Translations under genes and position numbers: made by a program
Source: Octopus bimaculoides
Lineage: Eukaryota
Assembly: GCF_001194135.2 (NCBI RefSeq)
Contig: NC_068983.1
Location: forward strand, 20,800,012 to 20,852,893
Reading direction: 5' to 3'
DNA length: 52,882 nt
The notes under the pieces: model-generated
What the model saw: the letters and a program-made list of their open reading frames with translations, nothing else
Database searches by the model: none
Told to the model about the DNA's origin: nothing
Part shown: positions 12,931 to 26,767 of the stretch, piece after piece
Layout: the number at the start of each line of letters is the position of its first letter
Position numbering within the stretch: the first letter of the stretch is position 1

Positions 12931-13262
12931 GTTTATATATACATATACATATATATATATATGTACGTATGTATATGTATCTATGTATACATACATATGT
13001 ATAATTATATATGTGCACATAAATATATACGTGCAAGCATATATATATATATGTATGATATATACACACATATATATATATATATGTATATTTACGTGTA
13101 TGTATATATACATACATATGTGTGTATATATATGTGTGTGTGTGGGTGTGTTGAGTATATAATTACAAAGATATATAAACAAGATATATAGTCAATTTCA
13201 TTATATATGTGCGTGTGTGTGTGCGTGTGTGTGTGCGTGTGTGTGTGCGTGTGTGTGTGTGT
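12846..13262. repeat. Compound (TA)n/(TG)n microsatellite field
   Basis: Read directly. Confidence 0.95.
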
Positions 13263-14332
13263 AGTCAATTTCATTATCTCTTACAATTTCATAAACTCCT
13301 GTCCCTCTGTTCGATTACACAATTTTCTTGATTTATATTTGACAAGTATTTTCCAACCCTTTCTCTTGAGAATTTGTGATTATTGACGTTTTTTTTTTCT
13401 TTCTCGCACTTCTTACTGCATTCAATTTTATGTTGTAGATCTCTTTGATTTTTTTTTTAATACCTTTTTTTTCATCGCTCCCCATTTTATTATTCTCTTA
13501 TGCTTGAAGCTTAAATCATGAAATTGAAATTTCCATATGCTAATGGTTGGACAAATACAAATATACATGTATTTCTGTTGAGATTCTATTTATTTTCTTT
13601 ATCTATCTTTTTCTATTCTACATAGCAATTTGCTTATTTCCAAAATTGATTCCGAAGTCTTTACACTGTCCTAAAAGGTCTTAGCCGAATTAGGTTTACT
13701 CATTCCATTTTCGTAAAGTTCTATCTTTTGCATTCTTTTTCTCTTCCTCTTTTCCTTACTCCCTTAGTTTCGTATTTTTTTATGTCTTTCTCTCACTCTA
13801 ATCTCTTGCACTGTATTTCTTCTTCTTTCACCTCTACATTTTAATACCTTATATATATATGCTTCTTTTAAAATCTCATCTCATTCTCTCTCTAACTCTC
13901 AAGCTAATCTATCTAGCTTTCAACATTTGAATCTATTATTTGCCATATATTTTCCAATCTTTTTTACTGTAAGCCTTCTTGTGTTTTATTCACAAAACAT
14001 AAAATCATTCACGTAATCAAACCATTTTAATATTCATCTAGAGATGAAATTTATTGTAAACGAAGAGATTTTGTATTTTGATACATGAGAAATTATCGAA
14101 ACACCTCGATTTATTGACACTTCTAATATTATATCAACTATAGCATGGAAGTTAACAACTATTGAAACATTTTTATCAAAAACACACGGGGTAGATTTTT
14201 TATTTAAAATCTCCAGTGCTTACTACTATAATTGNNNNNNNNNNNNNNNNNNNNNNNNNNNNNNNNNNNNNNNNNNNNNNNNNNNNNNNNNNNNNNNNNN
14301 NNNNNNNNNNNNNNNNNNNNATATATATATAA

Positions 14333-14454
14333 TTAATCAAAGGACATACTAAGTATGTCTACCTGCTTGAAATAACAGTCAAAACTCGATATTTAATCAC
14401 CAATGCTGACTGTTATTTCAAGCGGTAGACATACTTAGTATGTCCTTTGATTAA
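14333..14454. repeat. Near-perfect 48-bp inverted repeat (fold-back, MITE-like) with 25-nt spacer
   Basis: 14333-14381 is the reverse complement of 14407-14454 except for one extra T. TTAA is present at both outer ends. Confidence 0.9.
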
Positions 14455-14596
14455 ATCTAATCCCTCGGCTATTTAAGGGCTATTTCGGGGCCTGCTGTCG
14501 CCTGTATCGTTGATTCTGTTATTATCTTTCTTAAACTAGTGACACTGGATAATAATAAAATTAATTTTAATATATATATTCGACTGGCAATATATT

Positions 14597-14761
14597 GGTT
14601 TCGACGACGAAGGTTCCAGTTGATCCGAGCAAAAGAACAGCCTGCTCGTGAAACTAACGTGCAAGTGGGTGAGTACTCCATAGACACGTGTACCCTTAAT
14701 GTAGTTCTCAGGAAGATGCAGCTTGAGACAGTATGACAAGGCTGGCCCTTTTGAAATACAG
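14597..14761 (-). mobile_element. SINE family C tail-type-2, 5'-truncated
   Basis: CCAGTTGATCCGA..CAGCCTGCTCGTGAAA..GACAAGGCTGGCCCTTT, shared with 38650-38800. Confidence 0.8.
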
Positions 14762-14849
14762 AGGCTCTTACTGTTGACACATCTGGAAAACTGCAATGTA
14801 GAGTTGACATAGGCGGTTTTCAATCATAACATTTAGTGTTGGCGATTTT

Positions 14850-15330
14850 GTCCGATGGTCTAAGAATTCTTCTGGTCAACTGCTATTTCAGAGGAGTTTT
14901 CATTATGATCGGAAATCTACCTTGTCTTCCATCGAACTTAATTTGCTGACATAACACTCTTGTATCGTAATGATTTTGCGATAATTATCTAGGTATATCT
15001 ATAAGTATTTTATCAATGTACTGAATCTTGTTTCACATGGCTTAGGCTACAAAGTATGAGACATAAGTCAATTCATTAAATCTGGCCTGTATCCATACCA
15101 AAGGCTTAATGACTTCAATAATGAAACTCTCTCCATGCAGAAGAAGATTATAATGCTTAGTTGACACTGGGGAAATCAATGATCCCTATTTAGCTTACAG
15201 AGAAAAAATAAGAAAACATAGAATATAAGCATTCTGGAATGGTTCTTTGAAAGAGATTTACGCCTTCGGTCGTTTCCAGTTGTCCACTGAATTCAAGGGG
15301 AGTAGAGACTTGTTCTGGGGTGCCATATCT
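14850..15330 (-). mobile_element. Possible highly decayed Ty3/Gypsy pol relic (RNase H to integrase linker)
   Basis: Minus-strand LLHGESFIIEVIKPLVW resembles the Gypsy RNase H motif YLLG..F.IETDHKPLV, followed by VLCQQIK. There are many stops and the match is weak. Confidence 0.35.
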
Positions 15331-17213
15331 AGATTATATCTTCGTATGTATGATTAATTAACGCTTTCTATTAGCCCTTGTATACGTTAATCAATTAATG
15401 ACCTAATTAATGATAAACTACATTGCATGTATAGTCCCAGTTCATTAATCTGAATTTAAATTTGTTTCCTTCATTCTGGAACTTATTTGCCGTATGCCGA
15501 AAATTGTGAAAGATAAAAACGAAATATGCAAAAATTAATAACTGTTATGGAGATATAACGAAATGTAATGTCTCTTAAGATTTTACTTAGGTGTTGTTTA
15601 TAAGTGATTCATAGCATTTAGCAGATCGCAAATACATCTCTTACAAATGGCATGCATACAAGTTTATCGCAGGTGATATTCCATGATTATTATGTTTAGC
15701 ATCTACTTCTGAAAGTCGCGCAGAATAAAATATACGACTTTACGCAAGAAAGAGACCGAAATGATATTAATCTAAATATATATGAGTGCCAGATTTATGA
15801 AAATGAAAATTGCATCAAATAACCAATTTCAAGTCGTAACTTGGGTTTAAACAGCCACGGAAAATATGGGTTTCTAGCACTTAAAATGCTGTTTCCTTAA
15901 TGGAAGTTTCAGTTGGTCAAATTAGCAGGGAGCATTAAAATCGTAATGTACCGTTTCAAATATGGTTTCTGCCATTTTCAAAATTAAGATTGGTGAAAGA
16001 GTTAAAAAAAAAACACAATTAGTCTCTTTTTTATTAGTAATGCGATGGGGAAGAATTAAATATATTTGACAAGTTTAAGCTGCCATTAAACTATAAAACC
16101 ATTATTAACGGAAAATTCAATTGCCTTTATAGTTTTCTCGCTAAGAAATATAAAACAGTATTTAGTTAATCTGTTGAATCAAGGGAATATATTTCTCCCC
16201 GCCCCTTTTATTTTGTTAAAAGCTATTAGCAGATGTAGTAGCAATGAAGCACTCAAACTACAAATACATCAGTTACTTCTTTAAATAATAAAAAATAAAA
16301 CCCTCTTGTCATTTTCCCAGTTTTTTTTTTTTAGGATGGAATACTAAAAACCACTTATAAACAAAAAAGGTTAGCTGGTTTTCCGCAAATTTTAGTCGAT
16401 TTTTATTTTAATTTAAAATCGCTTATGGTGATTAAAGTTATCATATATAATAGCCTCAGCTTTAGTTTCTTTGAAGATTATGAATTAGAAGCTTCAATTT
16501 GGAGAAGAGTTATAGCTTTCTTTAAATCTTGGGACTCACGTTCAAGTTTAAGCATTATATAGGTTATGTTCTGCTCTCACGAGAGTGACAATTTGTCAAA
16601 AAAAAAAAAAAATTAAGATTCGCGATTAGACGTAATATCAGGTTTTTAAGTGTGTACTATACATAAATTTTTTTTTAGCTAAAATAGATTTGGTCAAGCT
16701 TATAAAATCCACGGGATTCATTTCAAAAGAAAACTGTTATTTTTAGTCCCTAAAAAATGTTATGCAATGAGGATTTTTTTTCTAGTTCATTGTACTTCAC
16801 TTAATTCAGATAATCTGTATAACTAGTAACTGTTTTATAAAGAGAAATGTGTCAGTGAAATACAGAACTTCGAGGTTATGATGATGTAGAGTTTAGTGTT
16901 AAAACGTTGTAACTAAAATACATATTTTGAGACTAAATAGCTCAAGCTAGTTGTATTTAGCATTCCAAAGTATATAAGAAAACGTAAAGCAAAAAAGAAA
17001 AATGAATTCCACAACTGAAAATCATCAAGAATAAGATTTCAAAATATATTCTAAGAGCTCCGTACTTGACAGATGTACATAAAATTAAAAGATTTAAAAA
17101 AAAATAATATTTGAAAGCAAACAAAAAAATCGTATGTATTTACTTTTAAATTGCAGAACACATAAACAGACAGTAGACTACATAAATGCTGACAGCGGAA
17201 CAAGGAAGAGGAA

Positions 17214-17255
<42 letters not shown>

Positions 17256-17707
17256 GACGAAAGTGAGATGGCGAAAGACGTGGCAATTGTGTAGAATAGC
17301 GTTATTGCAATAAAGACATGTTGTCTGTCGTTCTTTAGTTCATGTCATTTCTGATCTATGATCACAGGTGTTCCAGGCATGAAAATATTATTCATTTCTT
17401 TCGTATTATGAATATACTACTAAATAAATCCAATGTGCCCCTACGTTTACAGAGCGCTAGAATGTAATTTGAGGAACGGTCGTTATTATTTCTAAATTAT
17501 TAATAAGCGCACAAGTGCTCTTTATATGGTTTCTCAACGCTTCTATAAATATGACAATAGATAAGAACAGAAGCAGTTAGAATTACGTGATGGTATCTCT
17601 TCCAAAATTTGAATTCAATAATCTGATACAATGGAAATTGCATTGTTATTTTTTAAAATTCAAATCAGATTATATTTATTGAAATTAAAAATTGTTATTG
17701 TTATAAA

Positions 17708-17925
17708 CGAAGGAGTGCTGAACGTGTCTGGCTTTGGATAAAAGAAAATACAGGAGGATCAGTTAATTATGATTTTATTCAACATATCCCCCCCCCCTTA
17801 GATTCACATACTTATTGCAGTGGTCCTTCAGTTTTTCTAATTCCTGTAAAAGAACTCGAAAGTTGCGGTTTCCAAGTATTCCTTTCGCGATACCTTAAAA
17901 GCCATGAATTTTTCAACAATCCCGC
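17708..17925 (-). mobile_element. Mariner-derived MITE, copy 3 (inverted)
   Basis: Reverse-complement match to copies 1 and 2 (GGATCAGTTAATTATGATTTTATTCAAC..GCAGTGGTCCTTCAGTTTTTCTAA). Confidence 0.75.
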
Positions 17926-18149
17926 ATATTTCATTCTTCTGAGGGTCAGTGCGATAAGTACAAGTCAAGAACCGGTGGCAAACTTCACGAGTTACGAGTC
18001 ACAAATTTCCAATCATATGACACTAATATTCGGAATAATAAATGATAATAATGATGTTTTCTTTATCAATCACTAAGGGCTCACCAGATGGTCGAGTATA
18101 GTATAGGACGATACAAAGTGGTGTTATATAAAAACACCACTAATATACA

Positions 18150-18800
18150 GCGCCAAGGGGGAAATTCCATCGTCTGCATTGCTCGTCTGGCAAAGGGCTG
18201 TTAGCGGCTAACGTCAATTAAGATGCCAGGTGTCCTGCCTTGATCTATGCATTATCTAAGATAGCATCTTTCAAATTGAACTAATGGCTAACTCCATCGA
18301 AAGGTTTTTATTGATTTAAATTTATGAGAGCCCCAAAACATACCAGGTTCCTGACACACGTCTAATGTGTATTGCATTAAGTGGAGGTTGGCATGGGCAG
18401 ATCCATTTGGTATCCACAGTTATAATCGCTAACCTTTTAGCTAACACCGGTTAAGATTTTGAAATGGGTCTTTTAAAGATTTATGGGCCGAAAATATCAA
18501 TATGTCTCCTTTGTTTCATAGCAGAGCTACCACTGCTTGACTCACAAAACAGGCAATTATCCCGTTCTACTGCCAATAGATCGCCAAGCAAGTTTGGCGG
18601 TTATAAGTAGAGATCATAGGGAAGACCATCCAAACCAAGTCATTTTTTCTTTCATGTAGCCAACCACGCGGCTGTTAGAGATATGATTCAACATTTCCGC
18701 TACAGCTCGTGAAGGTACGCTCTGAAATCCATCCTGCGTTCCGACTGGACACTCGTTTTGAACAGTTGAGCTGGTTGCACTTCTTCTATAGCAACTTCAA
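18150..18800 (-). mobile_element. Possible very old RTE-like reverse transcriptase relic
   Basis: Higher-GC island. Minus-strand LAIITVDT..RVSGTWYVLGLS weakly resembles the RTE motif GL.I...KT..V..F.YLGS. Heavily disrupted. Confidence 0.25.
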
Positions 18801-21800
18801 GTAACGTGAATTTATGCTGTCTATTCTACGTGTGCATGTTACACTGAATGAGAAAACCGAACTTACTTCATTCCGTCCCTCCGGTTAGTTCTTAATGTTT
18901 CCACAAGCAGTTCTTTGTACAGTATTTTGTTTATATTTCCTCTGGAGTCTCATATTCCTTCCAGATATTATTTTTGTAATATGTCGTATGTGTGCTGCGA
19001 TACTAGAATGACTTTATGTTCGCTGAAATGCTATTACTTAATGTAATGTAGTTATTGGATGTGATGCTGGAGTGTGAAGCATTAGTATTTTATTGCTTGT
19101 GTGTGTAGTCGCGAGTTAATGACTTCTTTCTTTCTGTTTTTGTTTGTTCGTCTTTGGGTGTGTCTGTCATGGTTATAGTGGGAGAATGATAGTATTGATA
19201 GTGCTCAAAATAATCTTCGCCATTTGTTCATATCTCCCACTTTTTATTGTTGCAGTGTTTTTTGTTTCTTTCTTTTTCTTTACGTTAGTAATTTGCTTCA
19301 CTATTTGGACTACTCACCATTACTTTCGCCACACGACATATTGCTGTAGTGTGAGTTGGGGAGGTGCAAATGTTGGGTAAATTTTGTTTCTCTTATTTTT
19401 GTAATTATATTTCTTGTTTCGAGGTTTTCGATTGCAGTTCTTTCTAATGTGATGGCACTTGGTGGTGAAATATCTTCTTTTGTATTTGTATTTTTTGTTA
19501 TTGTTTCCATTCTTGTTGCTGCTGTTACTGTAGGCGTTACTTCCAGTGTCTTAACTGCAACCGCAGCTATCACTGCTGCTGCGCTTGTAAGCTGTTGCAG
19601 TAACTATAAATATTTGTATTGCAGTTGCTGCTGTTTGTGGTGGTGTTGATGTTATAGTATTCTCTCATTTTTCGTTATTGTTGTTGCAAGAAAAAAACTC
19701 TTCAGGAGATTGATATTTCCATATTTGTGGCATTGAGAAGCATTGCCCTTCATCAAGCCTAGTATTTGGTTACCTGCTTTTAGTCTAGTAGGAAGCCAGA
19801 CTGTCATGACCATTCATAGGGGGTCTGGGACTAGTGAGACAGTGAGGTCTTAAGGTATCCTAAAATTTGCATCTTGATGAAAACGTAATTAGAATAAACA
19901 ACAAAACATTACTTTTGACGTAACCGGGATAAATATTTTAATTTATGAAGAAATGTGTATGACAAATAATGCTATTGTGAAGATTATAATTAATTTTATA
20001 ACATTTACACAGATGATAATTATGAGAAAGAATTTTTGTTTTGTTTTTTAATAGGATATCGTATACAAGAACTATTCATTTAGATAGTTTTAGAGATGGT
20101 TAGAGGCTACAGATTTTAATATCATAAAATACACAGCAATACAAATTGGCCCATACGTTTAATTTGCTGAATATAGAAATTCAAAAGAGCTGAATATATT
20201 AAAACACTATTGCTGTTTGACAATGAATACCTTACAATAGATAAATCGCCAGGAATATTGATTGTAATAATCATGCTGGTCAATTAATTTAATTATATTT
20301 GATGGAATGAAAGAAGTAAAGAAAAAAAATCAGTCTTGTAAACTTCGGTAATCGTGCAGTAATATCTATAGAATTAGAGTGAATAATATCTTGCAAAATA
20401 ATATGCACCTCATGTCTTATAAAATACTATTAATAGTTTACTGTCAATTGCTATTGCCTTGTTTGATATGATTGCGAACATGTCTCGACCTAGAACAGTA
20501 ATAACCTTTAGATTATTAGAGAATTATAATAAACACATTGGAGTATGGATACTTTTAAAGAGAATATGCAGGCTGTAATCATTACAAGAACCAGTTCAGG
20601 TGTCAGTAAATGGATTAAATTTGAGAGTGTATAAGCAATTATGATCATAGTGTCACTGCAATGTTCCTTTGTGAGTTGTATCTATAAATAATTGTAAACG
20701 TTTCCTGCCTACTTGTTGATAGTCTACTGAAATATACATATATACATACATATCACATTTATTCTTACAGTATAGAATGATGTTGTATTGTTGGCGAAAT
20801 TAATGTATTTGAAAGAAATAATTTGGTATATTCATAATTTACGGTTTGTGTTTGTGTGCATTTGTGTATGTGTCTATATAGAGTTAATGTATATAAATAT
20901 GAATAATATGAAGATATATGTGTTAGTGTGTGTGTGTGTGTGTGTGTGAATATGTAGAGGTGTGCGTGTTTGTATAATGATTTTGCTGATAAGCTGTTGT
21001 GTGAACCGAAATACGCATATTCATCGGAGTAAAGCTTACAGCAAATACAGACAGTAGTAAGAATTAATGAAGCGACACGGGAAAAGGTTTTATTTAATCA
21101 ACGTCATTATCGTACAGCTGTTTCTACTAAGCAGTGACCTCAGACCACACACCCCAGTTACAAACATCTACACACAATCCCACGTAATGCTTTCAAACTC
21201 TTAACTGGTGATTAATTTAAATCTATTGAGCATATTTTAATTCATAACAAACAACTTGAATGGAGAAGTGGAATATGCGAAATTACTTTTCCAAAAATAA
21301 TATTAAAGAGATACTGGTGAGATATCTTTATTGATATTTATTGGTCTCCGTCAAAGTTATGATGAAAACATGGATGAAGATATGTACAATAACAGCTAGT
21401 TGACTTGTATAATCAGTGATATTCGAATAAGTTATCACCTTAGAAATCCATTGTCATGTCGGAATGATTTTGTGTTAAACAGATAATGCTAAAATAATCA
21501 AGTTATTTATTACAACTACTATTTATGCTTACCAGTAGAGGTCAAGTGGGGGTGAAATTTAGATGTGAGTCATTGAAAAATCCAGGCTATACTTTGCCAA
21601 GGCCATAACGAATTAACTTTGTCGGGTGATTAATTGTGAAGTCGATACGATGCAGTGTCTGTTGCGGCTCGTTACGTTCTGACTGCAAAGCTTTTGATGA
21701 CACTAGCGCCAGAATGTATTGATCTGGGTCAGCGGACTTTTCTTTGGATTAGTATGTTGACGTTGAAAGGAAAGGCTTGCTTTTACGGCTAAATAATATT

Positions 21801-22424
21801 GGGCTTCCTTAAAAGATTCTTCCCCAACATGTATATCCACGTGCCGACACATTGCCAACAGAGGCCTCTACAAAATATATGTCATCAACTGAGTCCCAAA
21901 GTACGGGTGATACAGCTTTGTAAATATTTGTAGAATGCTGTAAAGCTGTCTGCTATAATATCGAGAAAATTGTTCCACTCAACAGAAACATAATCATGAT
22001 TAATTAGGGTTTATGAAGGTATTTGAAGAATTTGTAATACAAATTTGCCAGCAATAGTTATTACGATGTAACCTCACACTATTTGACATAGCTAACATAA
22101 TAAATATATAGTTCATAGGATATCTACGGCATATTCACTATTGGTACTCGATTTATTTCGAGAACAAGTTGTATTCTATGTAGTTTCTTTTATATATTGT
22201 AGAAGTTTTGACTTATTTATTGATACTTAATAGAAGTGATTAATACAAAGCAATAAAAAAAGCAGCACATACTCACATACATATATATGTGTGTAGTGGG
22301 GAGGGGGATATTTGTAGATATTGTGTGTATATGTTCGTATAATTGTAGAGGACTGTCTTCTCGAATATAATTACTTGAAGGTCAGGTATAGGGGCATGCG
22401 TTGTTACAGCTCCTAGCTGCTTTC

Positions 22425-22437
22425 AACTTTTCTCTCT

Positions 22438-22484
<47 letters not shown>

Positions 22485-22500
22485 ATTCTCTCTCTCCCTC

Positions 22501-22544
<44 letters not shown>

Positions 22545-22616
22545 CTTTCGTGCCATACACTAGCTTTGTTATCCATTCTTCTTCTTCTTCTTCTTCTTCT
22601 TCTTCTTCTTCTTCTT

Positions 22617-22647
<31 letters not shown>

Positions 22648-22705
22648 TCCTCCTCCTCCTCCTCCTCCTTCTTCTTCTTCTTCTTCTTCTTTTTCTTCTG
22701 CTGCT
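22425..22705. repeat. Compound (CT)n/(TATC)n/(CTT)n/(CCT)n polypyrimidine microsatellite
   Basis: Read directly. Confidence 0.95.
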
Positions 22706-23171
22706 GCTGTTACTCTATTTTTGTACGAACTACTAACGAAATTTATGCAATTTTAATAAGCATAACATAAAGAAAAACATCAACAAGTCTATAACATATC
22801 AATTTTAAATGAAAATGTAACAGTCTTTACATAAGAACACTTTCGAAAAAAAATAACGAAAAGTAAAAAAAAACAAGCAGCTTCCTAAATCTTCTTGAAT
22901 TAAAATGATAATCTCTTTTCGAGAGCGGGTAACTTTTTCCCTGTTAAAAAATCCAATATAGCACAACATTTTAAAGTAGTGTATTTTTGTTACGAGTCAA
23001 ATACCTTCAGAAATATCAGTACTAATGGGGACGGGATTGATATGAATACGATAGTAATTGTTGTTCTATGTTACTAGTTTATTATACTATGGTACATTTT
23101 TTTCTGAGAAATGTTTGACACGCTTTTGGAGAACTGACATGTGATGTTTTGTGATGTACGGTATAATATTA

Positions 23172-24062
23172 GTTTCAAATTTTGACACAAAATTTAGAGT
23201 TTATGGAGAGTGGGAAAGTCAACTGCATGGACCCCAGTGCTCAACTGGTACTTATTTTATCGATTCCAGAAGGATGAAACGCAAAGTCAAAATCGGCGGA
23301 ATTTGAACCCAGACCGTAAAGACCTACGAAATAACGCTAAGCATTTTTCCTGGGATGTTAATGATTCTGTCAGCTCGCTGCCATTTAATAAAGGTTTCAT
23401 AATTTGGCACAAGACCATCAGTTTCTTGAGATGGAGTAAATCGATTACAACGATTCCAGTGTTTAACTGATACTTATTTAATCGACCCCGAAAGGATGAA
23501 AGGCAAAGTCGATTTCGGCGACGTTTGAACTCAGAACGTAAAGACGTAGAAAATGCCGCTTAGGTTTCCGCCCGGTGTGCTAACGATTCTGGCAGCTTGC
23601 CACTTTAAATATTCCTTTTTACTATAGGCACAAGGTCTAAAACTTTGGGAAGCGGACGATTACATCGATCCCAGTGCTCAACTGGCACTTATTTTCTCGA
23701 CGCCAAAAATGTTGAAAGGCAAAGTCTACCTCGATGACGTTTTAACTCAAGACGTTTTAACTCAAGGCGTTTAAACGGACGAAATACCGCTAAGCTGTTT
23801 TTTGCGGCATGCTAACAAGTTTGTCACATCGCTGCACTGATATACGGTATAATATTAATTTCAAATTTTGGCACGATTCCAGCAATTTCCAGAGAAGAGA
23901 TAGGTCGATTACATCGACTCCAGTCCTCTACTGGTAATTGTTTTATCAAGCCTAAAAGTTTGAAAGGCAAAGTTGACCTCGGTGGAATTTAAACTCGAAG
24001 ACGGAAGAAATGCCTCTAAGCATTTTGTCCGGCGTGCTAACGATTTCGGCACCTCATTGTCC
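23172..24062 (-). mobile_element. Four head-to-tail SINE family B copies
   Basis: Units at about 23172-23383, 23390-23605, 23615-23837 and 23858-24062. Each has GATTACATCGAC.CCAGTG..ACTGGTACTTATT..GAAAGGCAAAGTC..GCTAACGATTC on the + strand. Confidence 0.9.
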
Positions 24063-24404
24063 TGATGTGTGGTATAATATTAACAAGTATATTAGAAACT
24101 CACTCTGGTAGATACAGCAGCAAATACTTCGTTAAAAAAATAACCCTGACATCATGAAAACGGATATGTAATGATGGAATGAGTATATATTTTGTATCAG
24201 GGTTTGTCGCTTTATAAAGTGTAATTCTTATTATTTACTACCATCTTATCTTGTTTGAGCATCTCTAAATCAAAAACATTCCATGCGTGCCAATTCCACT
24301 TTTTTAAAGCTTTGTGTACACCGACTATAATGCATTGCGTTCAAAGACGACGAGCAGCGCTTTGAAGGGGGTTTGATAGCTGCTACCTTTTATATTTTAA
24401 CTAT

Positions 24405-24862
24405 TATTTGTTTCAGTCACTAGACTGCGGCCTTGCTGGGGCACCGCCTTGAAGAACTTTTAATCGAATCAATCGGCCCCAGTACTTATCGATAGTACTT
24501 ATTGATAGTACTTATTCTATCGGTCTCTTTTTCCGAATCACTAGGTTACCGACACGAAAACACACCAATACCAGTTGTCAAGCGGTAGTGGGGGGCAAAC
24601 ACAAGCACAAAGACCCCCCCACACACACACACACACAATATATATATGCATATATATATGTGTGTATGTGTGTGTGTGTGTGTTTGTGCGTGTGTGTGTA
24701 TTTACACGACGGGCTTGATTTAGTTTCCGTTTATCAGATACACTCACAGGGATTTGATCGGCTCGAAGCTTTCATAGAAGACATTTGCCCGAGGTGCCAC
24801 GCACTGGAATCGAGCCTGGAACCATTTGGTTCGGAAGCAAACTTCTTACCACACAGTCGCGT
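24405..24862 (-). mobile_element. SINE family A copy
   Basis: Reverse-complement match. It contains an internal 13-bp slippage triplication (AGTACTTATYGAT) at 24481-24520. Confidence 0.85.
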
Positions 24863-25249
24863 GGTTATACTTTCTCTCAGCAAACCAGAAATACTATAAT
24901 CGTGGTCTTTTTTTTTTTTTTTTTTTTTACTTCCTGCTGATTATCAAGTTTGCAGATAATGTTTAATGACTTGTTTCAATATTTTATAATTTTACTTTAC
25001 TTGTGGTTACACATACATATCAGCCATTTTCACTTGTGTTTTAAATCATGAGATTTTGAACCTCTGCCACTTTTCCAGTTTTACAGAGAAACGGCCTTAG
25101 ATGATTTTCCCTCTGTTTCTTTCTACTTTTTTTTCCAGTTAACATAGTTTAGAATTCCATTGTGGCGTTTTCACGACGTATGCATTGCTTTTTTCGATCT
25201 CGAGCAATAAATGCAAAATTAATCTCGGCGGATTTTGAGCAAACACCAA

Positions 25250-25368
25250 AATACAACCTTTGGGGTCGATGAAATAAGTACCAGTTGCGCACTTAGGTTG
25301 ATGTAATCAACTAAACTCCTTTCCCCAAAAATACCAGGCCTTCTACCTATACCAGAAATGATCATTAT
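25250..25368 (+). mobile_element. SINE family B 3' fragment
   Basis: GGGGTCGATGAAATAAGTACCAGTTG..CCCCAAAAATACCAGGCCTT. Confidence 0.75.
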
Positions 25369-25844
25369 GTGTATACGTAAGGGAAATGCCCAAGGAATGG
25401 GAACGTACACATTTATGCTGTAACTATGAAAGTCGTGAAGCTCGGATAGTGTTTTGTGTCAGAGCGTCAGTTTATATGGTACTGTTACAGGTGCGTTTTC
25501 TCACAAGCATATGCATGTGTGAGTGCAAGTGAGTGTATTCTTTGCAGAGCCCTGAGATATATCTGGTGCTGATAGCTATTCCAGTTGTGTGTATATAATT
25601 CATACACACACACACATACATGCAAATACAAAAGTGGATATTTTCATTTTCACATATAAGCACTATGCAATTTCTCACCTATGCTTTTGACGATGTTCAG
25701 AAACGCTCAAGTATTGGTATGTGCAACATCCAAGAATTCGGAGATAACGAATGCAAACAAATATGTACGCATGCGCATATCCTACTTTCGATTTCTGAAC
25801 CTTGTTGACGTATTATTCTATTCATTCTGAACCCGTTGAAAACA

Positions 25845-25885
<41 letters not shown>

Positions 25886-26246
25886 TATGTGTCTACATGC
25901 CTTTGTAAGTGCTTACATATGCTTATAACTTTGTGGCGGTTTGTAGATGCATGGATACATTCAGGGCCAACGAGGAGAGTGTGTGAGAGATTAAGAGAGA
26001 GAGAGAGAGAGAGAGTTAAATACGATATGAAATTCCTGTTCAAAAGATGTAATATAAAAGACCTTTGATCATCAATTGATCAAATATATGGCATCTTTTG
26101 GCAACATACACCTGTTGAGAACGAGAGAGGGGTAAAAAGAACTTTTCTATAAGTGTTTACATTACAGCAATTGAATAATGGAACAAAGTGAGATATATAT
26201 AGAGAGAGAGAGAATTATATATACAGTAACGGGCAAACACATAGAT

Positions 26247-26270
26247 CGATAGATAGATAAATCGATAGAC

Positions 26271-26323
<53 letters not shown>
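26247..26323. repeat. (GATA)n microsatellite
   Basis: Read directly. Confidence 0.95.
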
Positions 26324-26324
<1 letters not shown>

Positions 26325-26722
26325 GGTGTAGGTGTAGGGGGCGTAGTATGTTTTTTTTTTAAATTTGATAGAGAACAAACCAAATACTAAAAAATTCAAC
26401 ACTGCACCCAATCTGAATGTGTAGTGAATGGTAGTTGTTTTCTTGTTACGTCGTTTTTGATTGTTATTAGCATTTATTATTCGTTTTATGTTGTCGCTCT
26501 TGTTGTTTTTGGTGTAGATATATTGTTGCAACTCATACGCAAGTCTGCTGGCACCTATACGTACATATACGTATGTAAATATATATGTGTGTGTTTGTGC
26601 GCGTGCGCGCGCGCGTGTGTAGTATATATGTATATGTAAGTTTGTATGCTTATATATGTATTTGTATATAATATATATATTTATGTGTGTGTGTATTGTA
26701 TATATGTTTATGTAAGTTTGTA

Positions 26723-26767
<45 letters not shown>

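Noticed and set aside
13300-14230. Strongly T/C-skewed stretch, possibly an antisense LINE relic
   Set aside because: I could not recover a diagnostic motif.
20985-21030. CTGATAA...GAAA hammerhead-like motif
   Set aside because: The core deviates from CUGANGA and stems I and II do not pair.
23152-24082. Regularly spaced repeats resembling a CRISPR array
   Set aside because: The units are ~220-bp diverged SINE copies in a eukaryotic context, with no short identical repeats, unique spacers or cas genes.
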